This document shows, piece by piece, positions 50,362 through 59,339 of a stretch of DNA of 64,000 bases. The position numbers were made by a program, and so were the translations under genes. This stretch comes from an uncultured Desulfosarcina sp. GTDB lineage: Bacteria > Desulfobacterota > Desulfobacteria > Desulfobacterales > Desulfosarcinaceae. The DNA is taken from contig CAXXWQ010000004.1 in assembly GCA_963674945.2 (NCBI GenBank), positions 1,440,001 to 1,504,000 of the forward strand, read 5' to 3'. The notes beneath the pieces were generated by a model. It made no database searches. It worked only from the letters and a program-made list of their open reading frames with translations, and was not told the origin of the DNA. Each line of letters opens with the position of its first letter. The stretch's first letter is position 1.

Positions 50362-52209
50362 TCACAATATGGCATCGAACCTGCATTTATCGTAGCAGGT
50401 CAAACACTTGATGCACTTTTCCTTGTCGATGCGGGCGACTTCCTTCTTCTTCCATTCGATGGCGTCCGCCGGGCAGGCCCTGAAACACATGCCGCAACGG
50501 GTGCAGGCTTCCGGGTCCACTTCGAATTTCAAGAGCGCCACACAACGTTTTGCCGGGCAACGGCGCTCGTAGATATGGGCCTCGAACTCGTCCCTGAAAT
50601 AGCGCAACGTGGAGAGAACCGGGTTGGGGCCGGTCTGCCCCAGCCCGCAAAGGGCCGTCTCCTTGATCGTGTGAGACAATTCGATCAGGGTGTCGATATC
50701 CCCCGGCTCACCTTTTCCTTCACAGATTTTCTCCAGGATCTGCAACTGACGGCGCGTTCCCTCCCGGCAGGGGGTACACTTGCCGCAGGACTCATCCTGA
50801 ATGAACTCCATGAAAAACCGGGCCATGTCCACCATGCAGGTATTCTCGTCCATGACGATAGCGCCGCCGGACCCCATGATGGCGCCCACCTTGGCAATCG
50901 CCTCGTAGTCCACCGGCGTGTCCAGATGCGATTCGGGAATACAGCCGCCCGAAGGACCGCCCAATTGCACCGCCTTGAATTTTCGCTTCTTGGGGATGCC
51001 GCCGCCGATGTCGAAGATGATGGTCCGCAGTGTCGTTCCCATGGGTACTTCCACCAGTCCGATGTTGTTCACGTCACCGGACAGGGCAAACACCTTGGTG
51101 CCCTTGCTCGTTTCGGTGCCGACACTGGCGTACCATTCACCGCCGTTCAGTATGATCTGCGGGACGTTGGCCAGCGTCTCCACATTGTTCAGGATGGTGG
51201 GTTTTTCCCAAAGCCCCTTGTGCGCCGGAAAAGGAGGTCGCGGTCGCGGCATCCCCCGTTTCCCTTCGATGGATCGCATCAACGCGGTCTCCTCGCCGCA
51301 TACGAAGGCGCCGGCGCCCTGGTAGATCTCGATATCGAAAGAAAAATCCGACCCCAGTATGTTGTCGCCCAACAGACCATAGGCCTTGGCCTGCTCGATG
51401 GCGATACCCAGCCGTTTGATGGCAAGCGGGTATTCGGTTCGGGCATAGATATACCCCTTGCGGGAATCGATGGCCTTGGCCGCGATGATCATGCCCTCGA
51501 GCACTGCGTGGGGGTCCGCTTCCAGTATGCTGCGGTCCATGAAGGCCCCCGGGTCTCCCTCGTCGGCGTTGCAAAGCACATACTTGACGTCGCCTTTGCT
51601 CTGACTGGCAAAATCCCACTTCACACCGGTGGGGAATCCTGCCCCGCCCCGTCCCCGCATGCCGGATGTCTTCATCTCGTCGATGATCTGTTGGGGCGTC
51701 ATTTCGAACAATGCCTTGGCCGCACCGGCATATCCGTCCCGGCCGATGTATTCCTCGATGACCTCGGGGTCGATCAACCCCTTGTTGCGAAGGGCCCTTG
51801 GCATTTGATTGGCGAAAAAGGGAATCTCGGTCTGGGCGGCGATCTTCGCCTTGGTGACCGGATCCTTGTAGAGCAGTCGTTCCACCGGTTTGCCGTTGAC
51901 CAGATGAGATTCCACCAGTTCCGACATGTCTTCGACGGTGAGTTTCTGATAGAAAATGTCTCCGGGATGAACCACCAGCAAAGGCCCCAATGCGCAAAAC
52001 CCGTTGCAACCGGTTTCGATCACCTGTACCTTTTCACCAAGCCCCTTCTCATCGATGGCGGCGATCAAGGCATCCTTGACACGGATCGACCCCGTGGCGT
52101 GGCAACCGGTACCGCCGCAGATCAAAAGATAGGTTTTCTCCCTGAACGCCAGGCGCGCCGCCTGGGATTCTCGAATGTTCTCCAACTCCGCCGTCGTCAG
52201 TCTCGCCAT
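50362..52209 (-). CDS. nuoF: NuoF/HydB-like NAD(H)/FMN-binding subunit
   Basis: N-terminal 2Fe-2S (CGGTGC...GCNGFC); RGRGGAGFPTG; NADEGDPGAFMD; ESCGKCTPCREG; two C-terminal 4Fe-4S motifs. Confidence 0.93.
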   Translation of the reverse strand: MARLTTAELENIRESQAARLAFREKTYLLICGGTGCHATGSIRVKDALIAAIDEKGLGEKVQVIETGCNGFCALGPLLVVHPGDIFYQKLTVEDMSELVESHLVNGKPVERLLYKDPVTKAKIAAQTEIPFFANQMPRALRNKGLIDPEVIEEYIGRDGYAGAAKALFEMTPQQIIDEMKTSGMRGRGGAGFPTGVKWDFASQSKGDVKYVLCNADEGDPGAFMDRSILEADPHAVLEGMIIAAKAIDSRKGYIYARTEYPLAIKRLGIAIEQAKAYGLLGDNILGSDFSFDIEIYQGAGAFVCGEETALMRSIEGKRGMPRPRPPFPAHKGLWEKPTILNNVETLANVPQIILNGGEWYASVGTETSKGTKVFALSGDVNNIGLVEVPMGTTLRTIIFDIGGGIPKKRKFKAVQLGGPSGGCIPESHLDTPVDYEAIAKVGAIMGSGGAIVMDENTCMVDMARFFMEFIQDESCGKCTPCREGTRRQLQILEKICEGKGEPGDIDTLIELSHTIKETALCGLGQTGPNPVLSTLRYFRDEFEAHIYERRCPAKRCVALLKFEVDPEACTRCGMCFRACPADAIEWKKKEVARIDKEKCIKCLTCYDKCRFDAIL

Positions 52210-52227
52210 ACCCCCTCCGCCAGATTA

Positions 52228-52581
52228 CTACCAGGAACCGTCCAATCCCCGGATGCCATTCATGTAGAGTCGCCCGCAAGCGACAAATAACGAGTATTCG
52301 GTAACCATGAGGGGAATGTCGTTGGATTTTGCCATCTCCACAAATTGTTCGGGTGGCGTCTTTCCCCTGACGATAACGATGGCGCCCACGCCGACGATCT
52401 TTGCCGTTCGGATAACATGATCCGTGGTTACGCCGGTAAGCAGCACACATTCATTGGCCACGGCAGACAAGACATCGTCCATCAGATCCGCCGCACCCCC
52501 GGCGACGATGACCTTGTCCATCTGATCTTCCCCGTAGAGCACATCCCCTTTGAGAATATCTTTGATTTCTGAAATTTTCAT
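52228..52581 (-). CDS. DRTGG-domain protein
   Basis: ADLMDDVL, VLLTG and IVIVRGK.P motifs. Confidence 0.85.
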   Translation of the reverse strand: MKISEIKDILKGDVLYGEDQMDKVIVAGGAADLMDDVLSAVANECVLLTGVTTDHVIRTAKIVGVGAIVIVRGKTPPEQFVEMAKSNDIPLMVTEYSLFVACGRLYMNGIRGLDGSW

Positions 52582-52602
52582 TGTCGTAGGACCATATTCA
52601 GT

Positions 52603-53097
52603 TTAGGTATACTTTTCGAGGAGTTCGATCACCTTATCCGAACTCACGTCCCCGTGTGTATCCTGATCGACCACCATCACCGGTGCCAGTCCGCATGCAC
52701 CCAGGCATCGAACGCCTTCCAGCGAAAACCGGCGATCCTCGGTGGTTCCCCCCTCTTCCAGATCATATTCATTTTCGATTCGACTCAAGGCCTCTTTGAT
52801 GCCTTTGACATAGCAGGCCGTGCCCAGGCACACTTTAATCGTGTGACGTCCCTTGGGAACCATGGAGAACAGAGAATAGAAGGAGGCCACCCCAAAGACC
52901 GTGCTGGAGGGAAGGTTCAGGCCTCGGCTGATATAATCCAAAAGCATCACGGGCAAATATCCGGTAATATCCTGACATTCGCGAAGCACCGTGATGACGG
53001 CACCCGACACCGCCTTGTTCCTGTCGATGACCGCATCGATCCTGGACCACATCGCTTCGTCGATATCCGGATGGTGAGGATGGAAATCTGGTTTCAT
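52603..53097 (-). CDS. nuoE: NuoE/HydC-like 2Fe-2S subunit
   Basis: GVASFYSLF, VCLGTACYVKG and RCLGACGLAPV. Confidence 0.93.
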   Translation of the reverse strand: MKPDFHPHHPDIDEAMWSRIDAVIDRNKAVSGAVITVLRECQDITGYLPVMLLDYISRGLNLPSSTVFGVASFYSLFSMVPKGRHTIKVCLGTACYVKGIKEALSRIENEYDLEEGGTTEDRRFSLEGVRCLGACGLAPVMVVDQDTHGDVSSDKVIELLEKYT

Positions 53098-53372
53098 ATC
53101 AGCATGGCTCCTTTGGCCTCGGGAAGCAACCCTTGAATACTACTTTCAATTGCCGAGTCGGCCTTGTGTACGAATAATTGTTTTGTCTTTCAAATAATCG
53201 CGAGGGAACATTTCATAATTACCCGAAAATGTCAATGCCGTTGTGCGTTTATGACCGCTTGACGGCACCGTGAATCCTGGTCTATAAACCAAACGATCCG
53301 AAAACATGACCACATCTTCTCTCTTACGAACACTCGTTTCTCACGTTTGGAGATAAACCGACATTGAACCGC

Positions 53373-54203
53373 ATGAAAGAACAGGTAGATGAGGCAGCGA
53401 AATTTCTTGGGTCCCGGTTCGCCGTTTCCCCGAAAACCGCCATAATCACCGGTACCGGCCTGAGCGCGTCCGTGGGTCCCCTGGACCATCCCGTCACCCT
53501 GGATTATGATCGAATTCCCCACTTTCCCGTTTCTACCGTTGTCAGCCACACCGGAAGGATCCTCGCCGGCGGTCTCGCCGGCCATCCGGTCATGGTCCTT
53601 CAGGGGCGGTTTCATCTGTACGAGGGCTATGATCCGAAAACCGTCACCTTTCCCATTCGGGTGATGCAGAAAATGGGCGTCGGGCACCTGATTCTCGTGA
53701 ACGCCGCCGGGGGGATGAACCCGGCCTTTCGGCAGGAAGACCTGATGGTCATCGACGACCACATCAACCTCACCGGCGAGAATCCGTTAATCGGTGCCAA
53801 CGAGGACGACTGGGGCCCCCGGTTTCCCGATATGACGGCGGCCTATGACCCGAATTTTCGCCGGCTGTGCCGAGAAGTCGCCGAAGCCCTGGCGATTCCC
53901 GTCACACATGGCGTCTATGCCGGTCTAAAGGGGCCCAGTTTGGAAACGCCGGCGGAGGTCCGCTTTCTCAAGACCATCGGCGCAGACGCCGTGGGGTTTT
54001 CCACGGTGATGGAGACCATTGCCGCCGTCCATGCCGGAATCAAGGTACTGGGCATCTCCACCATCACCAACACCATCGATCCGGATCGACCGAAACCGGC
54101 TTCGGTGGAAGAAATCCTGGCGGCGGCCAACGCGGCGGCGCCCAAGCTCAGCCGGCTGATCGGGCGGATCGTGGCCCGGATCCATGGGAAGGACGCCCAA
54201 TGA
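53373..54203 (+). CDS. punA: Purine-nucleoside phosphorylase (trimeric type)
   Basis: QGRFHLYEGY, NAAGG, GPRFPDM, GPSLETPAE and GADAVG.ST. Confidence 0.93.
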   Translation: MKEQVDEAAKFLGSRFAVSPKTAIITGTGLSASVGPLDHPVTLDYDRIPHFPVSTVVSHTGRILAGGLAGHPVMVLQGRFHLYEGYDPKTVTFPIRVMQKMGVGHLILVNAAGGMNPAFRQEDLMVIDDHINLTGENPLIGANEDDWGPRFPDMTAAYDPNFRRLCREVAEALAIPVTHGVYAGLKGPSLETPAEVRFLKTIGADAVGFSTVMETIAAVHAGIKVLGISTITNTIDPDRPKPASVEEILAAANAAAPKLSRLIGRIVARIHGKDAQ

Positions 54204-55513
54204 TGGAAACGGCAGACCTGCTGATCGAAAACGGCATCCTCATGACCATGGACCCGAACAACCGGATCATTGAAAAGGGAAGTATCGCCGCCACCGGCGA
54301 CACCATCACCGCCGTCGGACCCGCCACCGAACTGGCATCCGTCTGCGCAAAGGAGACCATCGACGCGCAAGGGGGCATCGTCATGCCCGGGCTGGTCAAC
54401 ACTCACACCCACCTGCCCATGACGCTGTTTCGCGGCCTCGCCGACGACATGCCCCTGATGACATGGCTCAACGACCACATCTTTCCGGCCGAGGGCCGCT
54501 TCGTGAATCCCGAAACGGTCCGCTGGGGAACCCTTCTGGCCTGTGCGGAAATGCTTCTTTCGGGCACCACATGCTGCTGCGATGGATATTTTCACGAATC
54601 GGCCGTGGCCCAAGCCGTTGCCGAGACGGGCATGCGCGCCGTACTGGCACAGGGGGTAATCGATTTTCCGGCGCCCGGCGTGCCGGACCCGGCCGAAAAC
54701 ATCGCCCACGCCCGCAATTATGCGACGCGCTGGAAGGAAAAATACGATTTGATCGCTCCGTCCATCTTCTGCCATTCCCCCTACACCTGTGGTGACAAAA
54801 CCCTTCGACAAGCCAAGGCCGCCGCCGATGAATTGGGCCTTTTGTTTCAGGTGCACGTGGCCGAGACGAACGGCGAACACGAACAATCGATCCGTGAAAA
54901 GGGGATGAGCCCCGTGGCCCACCTGGATCGGTTGGGCATCCTGGATCGAAACACCATCATGGCACACTGCGTCTGGGTGGATGAGGAAGACTTAGAGATC
55001 ATGGCCCGGCGAGGATGTGGCGTCGCCCATTGTCCCGAGAGCAACATGAAGCTGGCATCGGGCATCGCGCCGGTTGCCGTAATGAAAAAACACGGCATCG
55101 CCGTGGGATTGGGCACCGATGGTGCGGCCAGCAACAACGACCTGGACCTGTTCGGCGAAATGGCCATGGCGGCCCGGCTTCACAAGGTTGCAGCGGGCGA
55201 CCCCACCACCCTGGATGCGGCCACCGTCCTCAAGATGGCCACCACCGATGGCGCACGGGCCATGGGCCTCGGGGATCGGATCGGCTCTCTAACCGTCGGA
55301 AAGCAGGCGGATCTCATCATCCTGGACACTCGCGCCTGCCACATGACGCCCATGTATCACCCACAATCCCATGTAATTTACGCGGCAAGCGGGAGGGATG
55401 TGCGACACGTGATGATCGCCGGGAAACAGGTTGTTGCCGACCGCCGTTTGCTGACGTTGGACGTCGACGAAATCATGGATCGGGTCAACGCCATCGCCGA
55501 AGAGATCGGCTAA
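54200..55513 (+). CDS. mtaD: 5'-methylthioadenosine/SAH deaminase-like amidohydrolase
   Basis: PGLVNTHTH, HSPYTC, HVAET, HCPESNMKLASG and LGTDGAASNNDLD. Confidence 0.88.
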   Translation: MMETADLLIENGILMTMDPNNRIIEKGSIAATGDTITAVGPATELASVCAKETIDAQGGIVMPGLVNTHTHLPMTLFRGLADDMPLMTWLNDHIFPAEGRFVNPETVRWGTLLACAEMLLSGTTCCCDGYFHESAVAQAVAETGMRAVLAQGVIDFPAPGVPDPAENIAHARNYATRWKEKYDLIAPSIFCHSPYTCGDKTLRQAKAAADELGLLFQVHVAETNGEHEQSIREKGMSPVAHLDRLGILDRNTIMAHCVWVDEEDLEIMARRGCGVAHCPESNMKLASGIAPVAVMKKHGIAVGLGTDGAASNNDLDLFGEMAMAARLHKVAAGDPTTLDAATVLKMATTDGARAMGLGDRIGSLTVGKQADLIILDTRACHMTPMYHPQSHVIYAASGRDVRHVMIAGKQVVADRRLLTLDVDEIMDRVNAIAEEIG

Positions 55514-55687
55514 AAAGCTTTTCCATGTCATAGATCGCCAAACCAATTAAGAAAGAAAATCCATCTTCCATTATTTCGTCGATGGGGTAAAATGGGAAAA
55601 GCTTATTATAAAAGTATTGTTAATTGGGTACGAAACGCGGAAAAACAAATCCCGAAAATTGAGTATTAGCCAGCGAGTCCATAGAAG

Positions 55688-57397
55688 ATGGACAGAAAAT
55701 CGATCATCACCGCGGCACGGGGCGATACCCCGGCGGACCTTTTGCTGGTCAACGCCAACATCGTCAATGTATTTTCCGGGCGGGTGAACCAGGGAAGCAT
55801 CGCCATAAAGGATGGCCATATCCTGGGATTCGGCGAATACGAGGCTGATACGGTCCTGGATCTTGGAGGCCGGTTTGTGGCGCCCGGCTTCATCGACGCC
55901 CACGTGCACATCGAAAGTGCCATGACCATCGTGGCCGAATTCGCAAGGGCCGTGGCGCCCTTGGGGACCACCACCGTGGTGGCCGACCCCCATGAAATCG
56001 CCAATGTGATGGGAACGGCGGGCATCGAATACATGCTCCGATCCGCCGAAAACCAGCCCATGGAGTGCCTCTTCACCCTTCCCTCCTGCGTTCCGGCAAC
56101 CAGCATGGAGACCGCCGGCGCCCGGCTGGAAGCCGAGGATCTGGCCCCCTTTCTCTCCCATCCGCGCATCGTGGCCCTGGCGGAAATGATGAACTACCCC
56201 GGCGTTATCTTCACCGATCCGTCGGTGATGGCCAAGCTGGAAATGGCCCGTTCCCACAAAGTGCCCATGAACGGCCACGCACCGGGCGTTTCCGGTCGTA
56301 AGCTGGCCGCCTACGCCGCCGCCGGCATCGCCTCGGACCACGAATGCACCCGGGCCGACGAGGCTTTGGAAAAGCTCTCTTTGGGCATGCGCATCATGGT
56401 CCGAGAAGGCACCTGTGAACGAAACCTGGATGCCCTGTTTCCCATCATCGATGCCGGTACCTGGCCTCGAATGATGTGGTGCACCGACGACCGCCACCCC
56501 CACGATATTCTCACCCATGGTCACATGGACGCGGTGATCCGAAAGGCTGTGGCAAAGGGATTGGATCCCGTCACGGCCATCCGCATGGGAACCATCAATC
56601 CGGCCGACTATTTCGGTCTTGGGGATGTGGGAGCCGTCGCACCGGGCCGCAAGGCCAATCTGGTGGTCTTCGCCGATCTTTTTGACATTCGCGTCCAAAA
56701 GGTCTTTTTCATGGGGAAACTGGTGGCCGAAGATGGAATGATGCGGCCCGACATCCACCGCCCATCCCCGGTCTCGGTGCCGTCCGCCATGAATCTGGAT
56801 CTCGAAAGACTGGATTTTTCCATTCCCGCGGCAGGCCAGCGGATGCGGGTGATCCGGGCCATCGCCGACCAGGTGGTCACCGGCTGCGACATCATGGATG
56901 TGAAAAAACACGACGGCGAAGTTGTGGCCGATATCGACCGTGACCTGGCAAAGCTGGCCGTGGTGGACCGTTATTCGGGGATGGCTGGTACCGGGAAGGG
57001 ATTCGTGACCGGTTTGGGATTGAAACGCGGCGCCATCGCCTCCACCGTGGCCCACGACTCCCACAACGTCATCGTGGCCGGTATCACGGATGACGACATG
57101 AAAGCCGCCGTGGCAGCCCTGGTCGGGATGGGAGGCGGTCTGGCGGCAGCCCTGAATGGCAATGCGATGCAACGGCTCCCCCTTCCCGTTGCCGGGCTCA
57201 TGTCCGACCAGCCGGTGGAGACGGTGAAAGAGCAGATGGACCGGATGATCGACGCCGCCAGATCCCTGGGAAGCCCCCTGTCCGATCCCTTCATGACCTT
57301 AAGCTTTCTGGCCCTTCCCGTCATCCCGGCGCTGAAACTCACCGACCGGGGCCTTGTTGACGTGAACCGGTTCGAAATCGTGGATCTGTTCGTTTGA
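55688..57397 (+). CDS. ade: Adenine deaminase
   Basis: PGFIDAHVHIES, ADPHEIANV, AEMMNYPG, DHEC, CTDD and AHDSHN. Confidence 0.96.
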   Translation: MDRKSIITAARGDTPADLLLVNANIVNVFSGRVNQGSIAIKDGHILGFGEYEADTVLDLGGRFVAPGFIDAHVHIESAMTIVAEFARAVAPLGTTTVVADPHEIANVMGTAGIEYMLRSAENQPMECLFTLPSCVPATSMETAGARLEAEDLAPFLSHPRIVALAEMMNYPGVIFTDPSVMAKLEMARSHKVPMNGHAPGVSGRKLAAYAAAGIASDHECTRADEALEKLSLGMRIMVREGTCERNLDALFPIIDAGTWPRMMWCTDDRHPHDILTHGHMDAVIRKAVAKGLDPVTAIRMGTINPADYFGLGDVGAVAPGRKANLVVFADLFDIRVQKVFFMGKLVAEDGMMRPDIHRPSPVSVPSAMNLDLERLDFSIPAAGQRMRVIRAIADQVVTGCDIMDVKKHDGEVVADIDRDLAKLAVVDRYSGMAGTGKGFVTGLGLKRGAIASTVAHDSHNVIVAGITDDDMKAAVAALVGMGGGLAAALNGNAMQRLPLPVAGLMSDQPVETVKEQMDRMIDAARSLGSPLSDPFMTLSFLALPVIPALKLTDRGLVDVNRFEIVDLFV

Positions 57398-57518
57398 TTG
57401 CATATACCGCCGCAAGCAAAGTCAGTTCCCACCGATCCGCCTGGACCCTGTCCTGAAAATCTTCCGAAGGATCGTCACGATCCCTATACCAATATGCTGC
57501 GCCGTTTTTTGTCTCACG

Positions 57519-59189
57519 GTAGAGTAGGGAGGGATTACCCTCCCCCTCGTCAAACCGGACAGGCGGATTTCCCGCATCCGGCTTTCCCTTGAACTTCACC
57601 AACAAGCACACGCAGAGCATCAGCTAATGTCGCTACTACAGATATATCAGCCCCAGCTGTTTCAGGTGCCGGTAATAGCTTCTCCCTTTCGGAGGACGAA
57701 AAGGACGCTGACTGCGACGACGTAAATGACCGATAAAGCGATGCAGAACATACCAGTTCATTTCCCGAAACGCCTTGCGAGGATAGCCGAATTGAAAGTA
57801 GTTGGCCCATCCGCGCTGTTGGCGATTCACCGCCTCGATCAGCTGCGTCACAGGAACACAACTGTGTTTGCGGCTAATCGTTTCTCGAAGCCTGTCCCGA
57901 TGCGCCTGCATCGCCTTGCGCGATGGCGTTACGTTCAGATAGAAGACCTTCTCGAACCAATGAAGGTAAATATTCGCCAAAAGCGGCGATATCACACCGC
58001 CTTGAGGCGTACCCTTCCCTTTCCGCGAGACTTTCTTGCCGCCGTGGCCATCATCCTCCTCGATCGGTGCCGACAGCCACATCTGAATCAGCTTCAACAC
58101 CGAGCGGTCGACGATCCGCATGCGAACACACTTCATCAGCTTGTCCTGCGGAATCGCGTCAAAGTAACCTTTCAGGTCGGCATCAAGCACCGACGTCAAT
58201 CCCTGTTTTCGGTTCGATGATCAGCAGCGCGGCCGTCTGGATGACACGGTCCCGTATCGTCGGGATGCCCAAAGGGCGCTGACGTCCGTCGGGTTTGGGT
58301 ATATATACCCGCCGTACTGCCATGGGGCGGTACTGCTTGCGCCTGAGGTCTTCATGGATTTCTTCCACGAAACCCTCAGACCCGCCCTCACTGGCTTCAA
58401 TCTGTTCGAATGTAACGCCGTCCACACCGCCCTTGCCTCCGTTGGCTTTGGCGATCCGGTAGGCGCTGGTCAATACGTCTCGCCGATAAATCCGATCATA
58501 GAGTGCATAAAATCGGAACTTCGGCTCCTGCTTCGCTTTCAGGTAGAGCTTCTGTCTCAAAGAAGAGAGTTTCTCCGGAAGCCGGATCGTCTTTACGTGG
58601 GCGGACTTCCACACGTCCACGTCAATAGACTCCCACAGTTCCAGTTGTTCCGTAATGGGTCTGTTAACCAAGCGGCACTCCTCTTGTCTGACTCTGCATG
58701 TTCAAGGCAAGGCCCCTTGGCTCCACGGGCATTACCCCGCTTCTCGGCTACTATGGGCCTCTCCGACTCCCGACATGGCCGTTTGCCGGTTATTGATTCC
58801 CCACAAACGTTGGTGACACGATCGCCGCCGTGCCGGGTCTCCCAGGTTCCTCGATGCGACTGTCCAAGCGCGCCCTCCCCTATCACCCCGGGGTGCCCTG
58901 CGGCTTCTCTCGCTCGTTGCTTCACCGCAGGTGGCAGGCTTCGCCATCTTTGGCAGGTTGGCCACACCCAATTGCGTAACGAGGCCGAAGCGGGTTCATT
59001 TTCATTAGGGCTCACTTGTTCGCAGTCCGGGAAGGCTATTCCCTTCGCCACCCGCCATAGGGCGGTGACCGATCCGCTTCCCATGCTCGGTTACCCTGAC
59101 ATGGGGGACCGCTGCTACACGATGAACGAGCAATTATCATGGCTGACTCCTTTCAGTCGGCAAGTCACACCAGGCTTATCCTGGCGCTC
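57519..59189 (-). mobile_element. Group II intron (1671 nt as present)
   Basis: 5' end GAGCG; domain V AGCCGGATGCGGGAAATCCGCCTGTCCGGTT; short domain VI ending CCTACTCTAC; EBS1 CAAAGA in a GCC/GGC hairpin. Confidence 0.92.
57636..58671 (-). pseudogene. ltrA: Group II intron reverse transcriptase/maturase with two internal deletions
   Basis: [52 protein letters not shown] and maturase RGWANYF are present; SYGFRP and YADD segments are missing; frameshift near 58208. Confidence 0.9.
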
Positions 59190-59339
59190 CAAAGACGCTA
59201 AGCCGCTAAGAGTAAAAGATTTAAAACACCCAATCAAAACTTTCGTAAAACCTGAGTTCACCGCTGCCACTTACGATTCTTTTCTTATCGTCGTTCGTTG
59301 CGCCTTCGCGGCTTCGCGCCTTTGCGTGAGACATTGCTT

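Larger units (their letters stand above)
57510..59333. repeat. Palindromic intergenic element split by the group II intron
   Basis: Joined left arm (57510-57518 + 59190-59210) TGTCTCACGCAAAGACGCTAAGCCGCTAAG is a 27/30 inverted match to 59304-59333. Confidence 0.85.

Noticed and set aside
50575..52290. 571-aa ORF antisense to nuoF; similar cases at 55571-57172, 28633-30003, 40156-41358 and 59298-60551
   Set aside because: Shadow ORFs expected opposite GC-rich genes; no motifs.
53867..54199. N-terminal extension of the mtaD ORF; similar extensions on dnaK, moeA and rnfB
   Set aside because: Overlaps upstream genes or repeats; homology and RBS point to downstream starts.
57636..58671. DGR or retron reverse transcriptase
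   Set aside because: Flanked by clear group II intron RNA domains and carries a maturase domain; no TR/VR pair seen.
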